64,000 nucleotides of DNA. It comes from Octopus vulgaris (lineage: Eukaryota). The stretch spans positions 99,820,001 to 99,884,000 of the forward strand of contig OX597815.1 in the NCBI GenBank assembly GCA_951406725.2, read 5' to 3'. The translations under genes were made by a program, and so were the position numbers. The first letter of the stretch is position 1. Every line of letters begins with the position of its first letter. Shown piece by piece: positions 1 to 13,469 of this stretch. The notes below the pieces were generated by a model that was not told where the DNA came from, made no database searches, and saw nothing but the letters and a program-made list of their open reading frames with translations.

Positions 1-3000
1 TTTGGATTTTAGTCATGAGTCCAGATTTACTCTTCCCTTAATTAAATATTCTTCCCTTAATGAAGACCACTCTTGTCTCATATCGATTTAAAAGCTCTGT
101 TCTTACCTGATTATCATCTCTTCTGATGTATGAATATGGGGATCGCTGTCGACGGAAAAGTTTATGATAAAACTATGTTTTTTTCACAAATTACCATCTG
201 TACATCGGAGAGCCTCAATAAAAGTCTATTGCGTAATTGTAAATTCTCAAGTCAAATAAATAGGAAAATGAAACACGGAAACTAAGATTGGTGAGTAGGA
301 TAAGAACATATTCATGAATGATCGATTGTCGTTCGCGCTAAAGCACTGGACTCTGCTTAATGAAATTGTCCCGGGTTTTGGCGTTCTGAATTCAAATCCC
401 GCCGAGATCAATTTGCTTCAAATCTTCTCAGATTGACAATTAACAAAATAAGATATCAATGAAGTAAGGGGCCGACCTTACTTTTTGTTCCTCTCTCTTC
501 CCTTTTCTATCTAAACATACGCGTTACTATAAGAAGCAGCGAGCGTGCAAGTCAAAGTTTTCCTTTCCACCAAGACATTTATTTTCATTCTGAAAAAAGT
601 TTGCCATAAAGATTGTTGCAGAACATAACATGTAGTGATTATGATGGTGAACGTAATACAACTTGTGCCAAAAATTCGTCATACTTTGGATGAAAATATC
701 GCCACATTATATTCACTTTCAAAAAAAAAATAGCAATATTATCTTTTACTCTTTCACGTCATTAGTCGACGTAAACGCTTTGGTATATATATATATATTA
801 AATTTACACTTTGTTGCAGCCTCCTCAATGCCAGGAAAGGGAAATGAGTTGCTTGTCAATCATCATCTTCATCATCATCATTATCTCCACCAGCACCAGC
901 ACCAGCATCACCAACACTAAAAACAACACCATAAACGCCACCAACATCAACACTGTACTACTCTACTTTCAACTGTTTCATATGAGTCTCTACAGCAGCA
1001 ACGGGTGGCCCTCTTACCTCTGATGTCTATGCAGTATCGGCTCTTAACTGTGTAGAATTTTAAAATTGTAGTTATTAAAATACTTATTTTTCACAGAGAT
1101 GAAGAGAAGGGTGATCTTACTGAGGAGTATAATGGCCCCAGTATATGACTGATATTTTATTTTCTAGAATCCACTGTCGGATAAAATATTTTTAAAAATT
1201 TATAATATAAACAACATAAATAAATTTCGCAAGACATTCTATTCACCACTTCCAGCTTCGAGCATTCACAGGGAATAATAAAAGCGACCAAATATTTTGA
1301 AAGTACTCAGTTTTGTTAATTCTATTCTTTCTATTTGGATAATAAATGTTCATTGGTTGTATCATATATTGCATTACGACAACGATACTCGTTTATTTCA
1401 TTTGCAGTGTTAATATTTAAACTTTAGTCGATTTATATTAATATTTGAAGTATTATGCTATAAATGACTCAATTGAAAAATTTAATTAAATTTGGTCAAA
1501 ATGACATTCAGTTAATTAAACCCAAATGAATTTCATTGGACCAGAATCCCTTTAATTAAACTGATATATTATATATTTGTGTTAAGCTAATTATTATACA
1601 ACAGATTATAACATTCCAGTGATATTATTGTTAAAATTAATTCGCATTTGAGAGAAATTAATTTCGTCGTCATCATCAAGATGCTTCTAAGATGTTACTC
1701 TTTCTGTCTCTCTCACTTGAATGCTCTTAAATCTAAATTGTATGTCCTCAGAGAGAATTTATACATCAATTTGGTTTCCTTCCCAATCAGAGCCCATCAA
1801 GCCTTTTTCGAAAATCCGTATATTCTCAGAGGAGTAATTATATAATTATGTGTTAAAACATGTTCATAATGTCTGTCAAAAATATGTGGAGAGATAGAAA
1901 CCATATAAGCGACTTCTTTACATAATGAGAGAATGTTTCCATGAGTTTTCTCATATTTGTTTACTAAGTTTATTCATTGGATTGTCACCTTCATGCTCGA
2001 GCGTCCACTTGCAAGGTTTTAGTTGATTATATCAACCAATGTACTTTGAACTGTATCTGTTATTTGTTTTATCGACCTTGGAATAAAGGGGGACTGTAAA
2101 AATAACCTGGATGGAATTTAAATTCACAATGCAAAGGATGATCACGAAATGTTGCAAGGTATTTGGTCGGAAGCTCTAACGAATCCGTCAATTCACCGCT
2201 CTCATGAAATTCTGTTTATTACATGATGCTTCTGCGACCTTCTGCAGATCCTTCCAAGCTATTTTACTCCATTCAATCATATGTTCAAGTTTACTCTGTT
2301 TATTGATATAACATTATCATATTCAGACATGAAATTTGTGCCCTGATCTGACATATTTTGATCCATTTTACACACTTCCTTCACTTTCAAACATCATCAA
2401 ATAAATTACTTCAAATATTACAATGCATTTAATGGATGCACAATAATTTAGTCACATTCAACGCTATAAGAATAACTTAATTTGTCAGATACCCGGGGTG
2501 CCACTACTTGACACCCTGGGTATCTGAGCACATTGGGTAACATGGGTATCTTTTGGAGTTCCAGTTTGCTGCAAGATTTCCGAATAGATCTCCAGTCCTT
2601 TTTTTACCCTTCATTTGTTTCGCCCATTGAACTGCAGCGATGCTGAGGCACCGCCTTAAAGATACCTTTTCATTCGCGCCCACTAATGTCAGAAGTCCTG
2701 TAATGAGTCATGGCCACTGCCTTTTCTCCTCACTGAAAGATAATAATAAATATCAACGAGTTGGTTTCACTTTGTTCATGGTATAAAGTTTGTAACTCAA
2801 TTTTTCTCTTCACACTGAAAATATCTCATCTGTAATCTTTTTAATCTTATGATAAAGAAAGATGTATAGCTTTTTAACATAGAAAGTTACTGGAAGTGTT
2901 TATTAGCCTATATCCAAAGAATATAGTTCGAAAGAACAATATTCTTTGGTTATAAATGGTCTTTCATATTAAATACGACAGTCATTTAAGCATCTTTTGA

Positions 3001-3631
3001 AATATTTTAGATGAAAAAGTAGTTCGGTACTTTGAAGATGTATTAATCATCTTTAGTATCGTGAGTCGGAAGCAAGTTCATGTCTTGAAGCATTGCAGAA
3101 GCTAACGGGAATCTATCAGTTGATAGTGACAACATTTATACGTTTACGTACATATTTCATGAACGCGTTCAATAACGTAATTAAAGTCGCAGTTTTGTGT
3201 TCCTTAGTTTTTACTTAACGTTCTCCAGAGATTTATCCAGCTTCGCGTTATAATTCGGCCTCATATATGGGTTTTCTATATTTAAATTCTCGATTTAGAC
3301 GAATCTTATGAAGCTTCAGTTAATGTTATGTGTTACAACAGGAAAATATAAATTTTGCTTTGCTTTCGCTCTCAAATAACAAATATCTATTTAAATCTAT
3401 TTCACAAAATTATATAAAAACTTTTCCCCGTTAATTTCATGAAAAAAATATCTGGCTAATAGTGCTTGAAATTATCTGTGAATCTATTGGAAGATCCAGT
3501 CAAAAAAAATGGTAAAATTCATTGACACTGGTGCTTTATGGCTTATACCCTAATGCATATTTTTGTTTTTAAGACACGTAAAAAGTTTTAGTAAAAACAG
3601 AAACATGTCTACTATGAGAGAGAAAAAATGT

Positions 3632-3750
<119 letters not shown>

Positions 3751-4221
3751 ACATACATAATAGAAACGGTGTTTACGTAAGAGAAAATGTTTAATAAAGT
3801 GCATTGTTATGTTTTGTTACTGCTTAAGTTTCGCTGTGATCGATGAAGCCGATGACTAAAAGAGGTACAAGTCATAACAGTAATCTCTTTGGCATCGTCG
3901 GAGAGTTCAAAATTTCACTTGGTAATCATTTGATTCCGAATTCTATCTTATTTGTGGGCAAATGTCTTCTGGTATCGCAACTTGTGAGTGAAATTTGGTA
4001 GGTGGAAGTATGAGAAAATCATACGTACCTACAGATATATGTGTGTTTGTGTGTGTGTGTGTGTGTGTGAGTGTGTTTGTGTGTGTATATGTATATATAT
4101 ATATACATGCATACATATATATGCACATATATATATATATATATATATATTTCAAGTATGTATATATTCAAGTATGCATGAATGTACGTAAGTATGCAAA
4201 TATATGTATGTGTGTATGCAT

Positions 4222-4291
<70 letters not shown>

Positions 4292-5892
4292 GTGCTATGC
4301 TTTGGGGTCTGCCAGTAAATAACAGCATACACAATGAGCCCCTGTATATGAATGTTTGCAGTCACATGTAGTAACGCAGTTCTCGGGTTGACTTAGCGTG
4401 ATGCAATATTTCATAACTGGGCCTTTTAATTAGAGGCAAAACCCGGAGAGATAGCAAGGAAGAGACAGGCATATATTCAGAGATATCAAACAATCATCAA
4501 TCTGTTGTGGAATGATATGAACGTCAACGGCCCAAGAACGATTAGCGGTCTTGAGATTTGATGGCAAAGGGTAAAGAAATGGAACGAATGAATACGACAA
4601 GGCAGTTTACTTAATCTCAAAATGGCACCCATTTACAGCCTTAGACAGGTGTATAGGTCCTAGGCGTGTATACAGGCAGTAAATTTGCGGTGTCTTTGAC
4701 TGTGGGACAAAATTTCTTGTAGTATTTGTTCTTGTTCACTACATTGTGAATTCACATCACACGGAATCTATTTCACTTTTCTTACTCCTAGTGTCGATAA
4801 ATATTGTACCAATGGAGTGCCGGAATCGTGACGAAAGGGTAGCGCTTCACGGTTTTTGCAGATTTCTCATAAAACAGTTAAGATTTTTACGATTGATTTC
4901 ATTAATGCTTCTATTGAATTTTTGCGCTGTGAGGGCATTCGGAGTCTTGACGTTCTCGGAAGTAAAAAGATTCATCGTAATGAAAATACTTATTACATCA
5001 TGGAGGTGCAATTGTTGTTGCTGTTGCTGCTGTTGATACTGCTTCTACTTGTTGGCCCTTCTCTGCGCTGATAAAGCAGATCTAAAAGGTTCAGGTGTGA
5101 TTATCCTGGAGATCCCACCCGGCCCTCATGCGTAGTGGACAGCGAAAACAGTCAATATTTGCTTTCTTTTCTGAGACACTGGTGAGTTGTGGTTTGAGGG
5201 AGATCGGATGCTATTTCTTGCAACTCCATTCGCCACCAGTGTCTCATCGGTTCACTCAATGCCAGAATTATTGATGAAGATTCTGCTATTTGTGCTGCTC
5301 AATGCTGATTGTCGAAACTTAAACCATATTTTATCCATGTAGTTTTAACTGTAGTCTGAATAAGCAAATTTCCAAGAGACGTCACGAAAATGGAGGCATT
5401 ATCTTTTTCTTTCTTTTATCTCTAACATGACATGCGTTATATATTTATGTCGGTGAAACAAATGGAGTAATAGATTGTTAGTTTTAGATAAATATCTGGG
5501 GAAGATAACTGTATTATCAATTAGGAAAACGATACAGGTTTATTTCACTGTTGTATTCATACGATGTATATAAACAGATTCCCAAGTTTACTCTGGATGT
5601 TTTAAAATTCATATGGTTATTAATCCTTTCGGAAATTTCAGTTGATTCCTCCAATTTCCGTTTAAAAGTTTTTAAGTTGAATCACCAAATGATTCTCGCC
5701 TTCAGTAAGCTTTAGCCAAATAGATAGCATGATTGGACAAAATGATTGGTAATGGATGAGAAATGGCAATTTTTCAAGAGAAGTTCGACTCATAACACGC
5801 ATAACCTGAAACAGATATCTCTATTAGAGTATAGACATGTGCATCGTGTGGGTATGAGTGTGGGTGTGTACATATATACACATTTACATCTC

Positions 5893-5980
<88 letters not shown>

Positions 5981-6152
5981 AATAGATATTCATGCAATTA
6001 TTCAAGTAACAGGGGATAACGTTTTGCGTGGCAATTAAATTAACATATAATTAATGTAGTGTATTTAATGAAATATATAAAACGGGTCCTGAAATACACT
6101 TTTATGTGTGTATATAGAAACATACTCACACACACACGTACACACACGCGTG

Positions 6153-6238
<86 letters not shown>

Positions 6239-6349
6239 TATTTATATATATGTATTCTTTCGACCTTTTTTTCCGAATCATTCGCCATGCAAGACCGCCG
6301 AACTCTACAAGTTTTTTTTTTATTCGTCCTCTGTTTATGTCCTCTTATT

Positions 6350-6387
6350 TCTTTCTGTTGAAGAGCGCAGGCTCGAAACGTAAAAGA
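6350..6387 (+). ncRNA. Degenerate minimal type-I hammerhead ribozyme motif within a ~220-bp element (about 6256-6476) between TA-rich tracts
   Basis: tcttt-CTGTTGA-A-GAGC(GCAG)GCTC-GAAA-CG-T-A-aaaga: stem I, stem II, GAAA and a GUA triplet are present; core position A6 is U. Confidence 0.6.
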
Positions 6388-6476
6388 CTTTTTCATTTTT
6401 CCTGAGCGTCAAACTAATAGACTTGCTTATTGTTCATATTCTTGTCAGCGTATTTTGTTTTTCTATAAATTTCCAA

Positions 6477-6548
<72 letters not shown>

Positions 6549-6653
6549 TATAGTTAATCCAAGCATGAAACCACAAAGAGAAAACACAACAACGCGAGGA
6601 CGTGCAACAAATATAGTATTATTGGACGCTCAGGAAAGAAGGGAAGAAGGAGG

Positions 6654-6688
6654 GTTTTACGTTTCGAGCGGAGCTCTTCGTCAGAAAC
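6654..6688 (-). ncRNA. Minimal type-I hammerhead ribozyme motif with intact core, in a Penelope-LTR-like element (about 6553-6750)
   Basis: Minus strand reads gttt-CTGACGA-A-GAGC(TCC)GCTC-GAAA-CG-T-A-aaac; canonical CUGANGA/GAAA/UH core, palindromic ACGU stem III, element 3' end runs into (TA)n. Confidence 0.75.
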
Positions 6689-7055
6689 ATAGGAGAAGGA
6701 AAGATCCAGAGAAGGGAAGACGGAGGAAGAAAAATCGCCAATGGTACACATAACCTTATACAAAATTCTATAATTATGAGCATAACTATAATTAGTTCAG
6801 CAAAAATTTGCTTTACCACATACCGAAATTTAGACATAGCAGTTAAAAACTACTATTTCGATACTATAAGAAAATCTCCCCTATATATATATGGTAAAGC
6901 AAATTTTTGCTGAAATCTAATTATAATTATGCTCATGATTATAGAATTTTTGTTTATCGATAGTGGTTCTTTACCGAACTACTTGGTGAAATTATTAATT
7001 ATTAATTAATTAATTAATTTTACCCGTTATTATTATTGATTATATATATATGTAT

Positions 7056-7149
<94 letters not shown>

Positions 7150-7429
7150 ATATATATAAACATATATATTATATGTATATATACATATACACGTATGTAT
7201 GTATGGCAACACTGTCAACGGATGCTTTGTTCTGTACATACAGAAAGTTCAAGTGATAGCAAGCTGGACGTTTTACTATAGGTATTATTTATAATTAGGA
7301 ATGACATAATGTGGGAAACTCTAAAAACTAAACTTCTGTTAAATTTGTAATATTTCAGTTTTGAAAGTTTTTTTTTTTAAATCAAATATTTTCAGGTTGA
7401 CAATGTTATTCATAGGATGTGAGTAGTAC

Positions 7430-7640
7430 CCATGAGAACAACCTTTGTAGTTTTGATACGTTTGGGTTTTCTGCTATTTGGCCATAGAGCACCACTTGTT
7501 ATTGGCCCCAAGGCTTAAATGATCAAGGGTATAATTGTTGGTCTCAGGTACCACATTTTTGAGACCCCTATGTCAAGGTCCTTGTATTTACTTAAGTTTT
7601 CAAATGTTTTTACAGAGGTGTTTCAACCTGCTGGGATTCA
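7430..7640 (-). mobile_element. Decayed 3' fragment of an RLE-type non-LTR retrotransposon (R4/Dong-like)
   Basis: Minus translation NTSVKTFENLSKYKDLDIGVSKMWYLRPTIIPLII*ALGPI matches the K..KY..L......W.....IP..IGALG end of the RLE domain. Confidence 0.6.
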
Positions 7641-7929
7641 CGTGTATATATCCAAACGTGTTTTGATCTGCTAGGATTAACATATCTCTAAACAAACATG
7701 TTTTCTCAAAGTGAGGTTTTAACCCAATAGCTGTTCTATTGGCCTGGATAGCAAAATCAGTTTGGATACTAAAGTCCCGAAGAACGGTGATATCTTCATA
7801 TATTACGACTTGAGCAGGCCTATGTTCCCATTAGTTTTTTTTATTTTTTGTATGGGAGTCTGGACTTACAGCATATGACCCACTACAAATGCTAACCATG
7901 TCTATTATGGTGTTTAATTTATTCATTCT

Positions 7930-8275
7930 TCCGGCTTTATGTTCTGAGTTCAAATTCAGCCGGGGTTGACTCTGCATTTCATCCTTTCGGGGTCGATGAA
8001 GTGAGCACCAGTTGAGCACTGAGGTCGATGTAATCGACTTAACTCTTCCTCGCTAATTTTCAGACCTTGTGCCTAGCGCCGGACAAAATGCTTAGCGGCA
8101 TTTCGTCCGTCCTTATGTTCTGCGTTCAAACTCTGCCTAGTTCGACTTTGCCTTTCAATCTTTCGAGGCCGATAAAATAAGAACCAGTTGAATACAGGGG
8201 ACGTTGAAATTGACTTACTTACTCCCTTCCATGAAATTGCTGGCCTAGTGCCAAAATTTGAAACCACTATTATTA
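7930..8275 (+). mobile_element. Two tandem copies of tRNA-derived SINE family A followed by (TAT)n/(AGT)n tail
   Basis: Repeated core gttcaaa...gactttgcctttcatcctttcggggtcgataaaataagtaccagttgagcactg...gaaattgctggcctagtgccaaaatttgaaacc, seen many times in the window; B-box-like GTTCAAA. Confidence 0.8.
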
Positions 8276-8278
8276 TCA

Positions 8279-8309
<31 letters not shown>

Positions 8310-8381
8310 TATTATTATCATCATTTTTATTATTATTATTATCATTACCATTTTTATTATTATTATTAGTAGTAGTAGTAA

Positions 8382-8423
<42 letters not shown>

Positions 8424-8463
8424 CAGCAGCAGAAGAAGAAGCAGTAGTAGTAGTAGTAGTAGT

Positions 8464-8511
<48 letters not shown>

Positions 8512-8552
8512 TAGTAGTTAGTAGTAGTAGTAGTAGTGGTAGTAGTAGTAGT
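8268..8552. repeat. (TAT)n followed by (AGT)n/(AGC)n trinucleotide microsatellites
   Basis: Directly visible repeat units. Confidence 0.95.
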
Positions 8553-9661
8553 TTATACTTTTTATTGTTCAAGGTATCTTTTTCCAGGTCATTTTGTTAA
8601 GGAGTTGTGCCTGTTTATGAAATGCTAGTCCCGTTGTACTTGATAGCATTACTAAAGTCTTATTTACACTCCGTAGAGATGATCTTGTCTTTGTTACAGC
8701 CGTCTTTTTTTATTATTGTTGTTTCTGTTGCTGATTCTGATTTGTTATTGTAGTTGTTATTTTTGATGTTGTTGTAATCTTCAATCTGTGGTCTTGTACA
8801 TGACAACACTTGATTATTTCTCGCAGCAAACACCACTCTTTAGTAAGTCAACTGGCTGACCTTTAGTCTGGAGACAATGGACAATGACCAGATGCATATC
8901 ACAAATTCAATGTCGAATGTCGGTTCGTTTATCCCCCTTGATTTCTTCTTTGTTACATTCGTATTATGGAAATCATAATTGTTTGTCATTCCACGTTTTG
9001 CCATTATCCTTCTTATCCACATCCTTCAAAATTCACACAAATTACACTTATATACAAGCAATTATCACTGCATTTCTAAACCTTAATCTTCTTCTTCACA
9101 TTCGTTCTTCCTTTTTTCATTCCTTCTTTGTCTCTCTCTCTTCCTGGTTCTCTTTTTCTCTCTCTTTCTCTCTCTCCCTTTCTCTCTCTCTCTCTCTCTC
9201 TTCTAGTTTTTCTTTTTCTCCTCACTGTCTTTCTCCATTTTGCTATGTATCGTTCTTCGTTAATTGATTTGTAATTCATTCTTACTGATCTTTAATTTTT
9301 CTTTCTCCACCCATTTTACTCCTTCTCTCTTCCTCCCTTCCTCCATCCCTATCTCTCCCCACTCAGTCATAAACAGTATCTGTCTCTCCAGCCATCTATT
9401 TTTCTCATCTCCTTTTGTCTTTCCTCTCATTCTTTCTTTCTCTCCCGCTCTCTCTTCAATCTCTTCTGCATTTGTTATAGTTACTCTGTTGCTTCTCCCA
9501 AATTCTCTACCTTTATTCTCTTGATGAGCATCCTACCATCAACTACTCTCTCTCTCTCTCTCCCCTCACTTTCTCTCTTTCATTTTCTCTCTCTCCCTAT
9601 CTATCTATCTTTCTCTGTCTTGCCTTCTTTCTCTAAACGTTTCCTTTCTTTTTGTTCATCT

Positions 9662-9871
9662 CTATTTCTCGCGCCACGAATCTTTCAGTTTGTTCCATGC
9701 CGGCTGACCTGACAACGGAGAGTCTGTGGTCAACAGGAAACTGCTGTAGGTGTATCTGACAGTATTGAGTATCGGTGTGTGAGTGGCTGAAACACTGATA
9801 CTGGACACTAAGTGACAGTACTGATGAGAGGTCACTTGGATCTCGTCTCTATTCTGACCTTCATCTCCAGT
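9662..9871 (-). CDS. Candidate terminal coding exon of an unidentified gene (TGDEGQNRDEIQ...WNKLKDSWREK*)
   Basis: Unique, GC-richer island; pyrimidine tract plus ttcttccag acceptor at 9880-9872; open frame of about 69 codons to TAG. No homology recognised, and a plus-strand alternative exists. Confidence 0.3.
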   Translation of the reverse strand, partial: TGDEGQNRDEIQVTSHQYCHLVSSISVSATHTPILNTVRYTYSSFLLTTDSPLSGQPAWNKLKDSWREK

Positions 9872-10202
9872 CTGGAAGAAAGAACTCGAAAAGATACATT
9901 CATCATCAAACAGCAACAGCATAAAGAAAATAAAGAGAAAGAAAAAAGAAAGGAAGAAAGAAAGAAAGAAAAAGTAAAACAAAACAACTTTGAAGGAAAG
10001 AGAGAATGAATAAATGAAACTGAAAAAAGAAATTGAAGGACAAAATCGACATCCTGTCGTCGTCATCATCATCATCGTCGTCATTGTCATCATCTTCATC
10101 ACCCTCACCAGCATCATCATCATCATCACTATCATCACCATCATCATCATAATCATCAACATCATCACCACTACCACCATCATCAACATCATCACCACCA
10201 CC

Positions 10203-10235
<33 letters not shown>

Positions 10236-10466
10236 GTGTTCCACTTTCAGTAGACTACGGTAGGCAATACAGAAAATAATAAAAGACTTTGTGGGGGGAA
10301 AAACAAATTTAGAGAAACGGTACAAAAAAAAAAAGAAGCAATAGGAATCGGAGTAAAATAGGGAAAAAAAGACAAAACATAAACACTATATATATGTGTG
10401 TGTGTGTGTTATGATGTGCGTATATATATATATATATGTATGTATATATACGCATATATATATACA

Positions 10467-10535
<69 letters not shown>

Positions 10536-10904
10536 GTATGTATATATATATATGTATATATATGCATACATACATACATACATACATGCATACATACATG
10601 CATACATACATACATACATGCATGCATACATACATACATACATGCATACATACATACATACATACATACATACATACATACATACATACATACACACACG
10701 CACACACACACACACACACATAAAGAATAGATAAAAGACTCAATATGCTGAATCAGTTTTCGCTATCATTCAAGATTTTTGTTATTAAGAAAATAACGGT
10801 AAATGTTAGACACCAACAGTTCTGTTAGACATTGAATGTCGGCAGAAATTCAATTTAGTTCCGATAATTACATCTTATCTTCTGCTAGTTTACGTCAAAA
10901 AAAA

Positions 10905-10971
<67 letters not shown>

Positions 10972-11625
10972 GAGAAAAAATCAAGATGTTGGTGTATGTT
11001 ATTCAAAATTGTATACGTTTGTGTATGAGCATGTCTGCGAGGTAGTGTGGAAGTTTTGTTAGTATGATGATAGTGTGTGTATGTGTGTGTGTTTGTGTGT
11101 GTATGTGTGTGTGTGTGTGTCTGTGTGTGTGTGTTTGTGGAGACGTGTCAGTTGGTGTGAGAGTTGATGTAGTGACTATGAAAGATGGCGTTGTGACTGC
11201 GATGTTTAGAGACTGGTGTCACTGGAGCCCATTAGAGTCAGCTGTGTGGATATGAAGGGTTGTTGGAAGAGAGAGTGAGGGAAGCAACGAGAGGTCAATA
11301 ATTCAGTCAGTCAGCGAGTGGGGTAAGGTGGAGTATGAATGGTTGCGTCAATGAGGGAAAGCGTGAGGGAGGGAGGTAGAGAGATAATGGGTGGGTGAGT
11401 GGGTAAAAGAGTGAGTGTAAGTATGGGTGAATGAGTTTGTGTGTGAGTGAATGAGTGAGTGACTGAGTGGTGAGTGAGAAAGGTTTATGCAGTGCGATAT
11501 GTAGAAAGTGGGTAAGTGAAAGAGAATTGGTAGATGAGTGAGTGGATGAGTTAGTCTGTCAGTCATAGAGTGGGAGAGAGTCTAAGAAAGTTCGGAAATG
11601 AGAGAGCGAACGAATATGTGAAAGA

Positions 11626-11765
11626 GTGAGTGAGTGTGTGAGTGAGTGAGTGAGTGAGTGAGTGAGTGAATGAGTGAGTGAGTGAGTGAGTGAGTGAGTG
11701 AGTGAGTGAGTGAGTGAGTGAATGAGTGAGTGAGTCAGCCAGTTAGTCAGTCAGTCAGTCAGTCA
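11626..11765. repeat. (GAGT)n and (CAGT)n tetranucleotide microsatellites
   Basis: Directly visible. Confidence 0.95.
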
Positions 11766-12057
11766 GGGAATGAGAAGGGAACTCAGAACCGAGTTAAAAG
11801 TGACTTTCTGAAACGGAGACAGAAAAAGGTATTTTTCAATATATGATAGGAAATCTGAAAGAAATTTAGGGTCACGACTCTATGAAGACGCTACTTAAAG
11901 AGAAAATTAAGGAACAGTGATAACTAATAGAAAGGCAAAATGTCAAGAAAATATCCCAAACATCAGAAAGAGTTAAAGAATAAAATATCAAGTCGGGGAA
12001 GGAAAAGGAAGCTGAAAGCAACAAAAGGCAGTAGAAGGAAAAACGAGAGCAGATATC

Positions 12058-12135
<78 letters not shown>

Positions 12136-12321
12136 ATTTATATATTATATATGTATATATTAATATATATATATATGTATGTATATATATATATATATAC
12201 GTATATATTTGTATATGTATATATTTATACATATTCATATATATTTATATATATGCATGTATATATTTATAAATATATATTTATATATATATATATATGC
12301 ATGTATATATTTATAAATATA

Positions 12322-12412
<91 letters not shown>

Positions 12413-12517
12413 CAGATAGATAGATATGTAGATGGAGAATATAAAGAGTCGAACAGGATGTGATGAAGAGAAATACTGAGAATAAAAAGATACGTGAATA
12501 AAAGATTCCTAGCCAAG

Positions 12518-12604
<87 letters not shown>

Positions 12605-12641
12605 GTAGGTAGGTAGGTAAGTAGGTAGGTAGGTAGGTAGG
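12058..12641. repeat. Compound (TG)n/(TA)n/(TAGA)n/(TAGG)n microsatellite block
   Basis: Directly visible. Confidence 0.95.
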
Positions 12642-13469
12642 AAACTAGGTAGTGAGAGAGAGAGATTGTGATGTCATCTGTGAAGATGTAATATTTTAGT
12701 GTTATGGAAGTTTTAGTCTATCAGTGTAATATGACAATTTTTTTTTGGCGGGGGGTGTTATCATGTTGGTTTTGATGTTTACTCATGAGTATAAAGATTT
12801 AGGATTGCTTGAATATATTTTTCGCAGATTTGTGGAAAGGTGAAGGTATATAATTGTGGTATGTTACGTTTCTTTTCGTAAATTGTCTTGCTAATGTTAT
12901 TATTTGATTGTTCTTAAGGTATTTTGAAGTTTAGTAAATGATTATACACGGAAACAGTGGATTGTTGAATTGTATTTCTGTAAATATCACAGTTTAAACA
13001 CTTTTAAGAGATTTTAAAGTGTGATTCGCACAAAATCGTCGCCTTCGGATTTCCCACATACATAGTCTTCAGCTGCATGTTTTTTGTTTCCTTTTGCTTT
13101 TAGTTCTGTTTTCAGTATAACACACTGTGAACTACATTGTTGGTTGCGTAATTCTGTTTTTCAAGTTACGTTGTGAATTGAGGAAAACGTGAATGTTCTA
13201 TCTCTGTTTTGAGGTTGTTATTGTTAATGTTTAGCTTTAAGTTAGGCCAGAAAAATATATCTATAACCAAAAGCTTTTTAGCAGCAAACATTCTGCCTTT
13301 TATTTACTTAGAATGCAACAAAAATGTAGACAAATTATGACCAAAGTGTTAAGAGGCTTGCTTCACATTGACGAGCTCCGGATTTCTTAACACGGCAACC
13401 AAATATTTTTCCTCAAAGAAAGGAGATTTTGGATATCGAGTACTAAGATAGATGAGATAGCTAGAGATT

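Noticed and set aside
2485-2527. 19-bp hairpin as a pre-miRNA
   Set aside because: The stem is short, the loop only 5 nt, there is no basal extension and no known mature miRNA match; more likely a transposon relic.
2700-3300. Possible minus-strand hAT transposase remnant
   Set aside because: Only vague motif echoes; too degenerate to support by eye.
5560-5800. Possible mariner remnant (DEKW-like motif), likewise 14940-15340 on the minus strand
   Set aside because: Single weak motifs with no TIRs or continuous frame.
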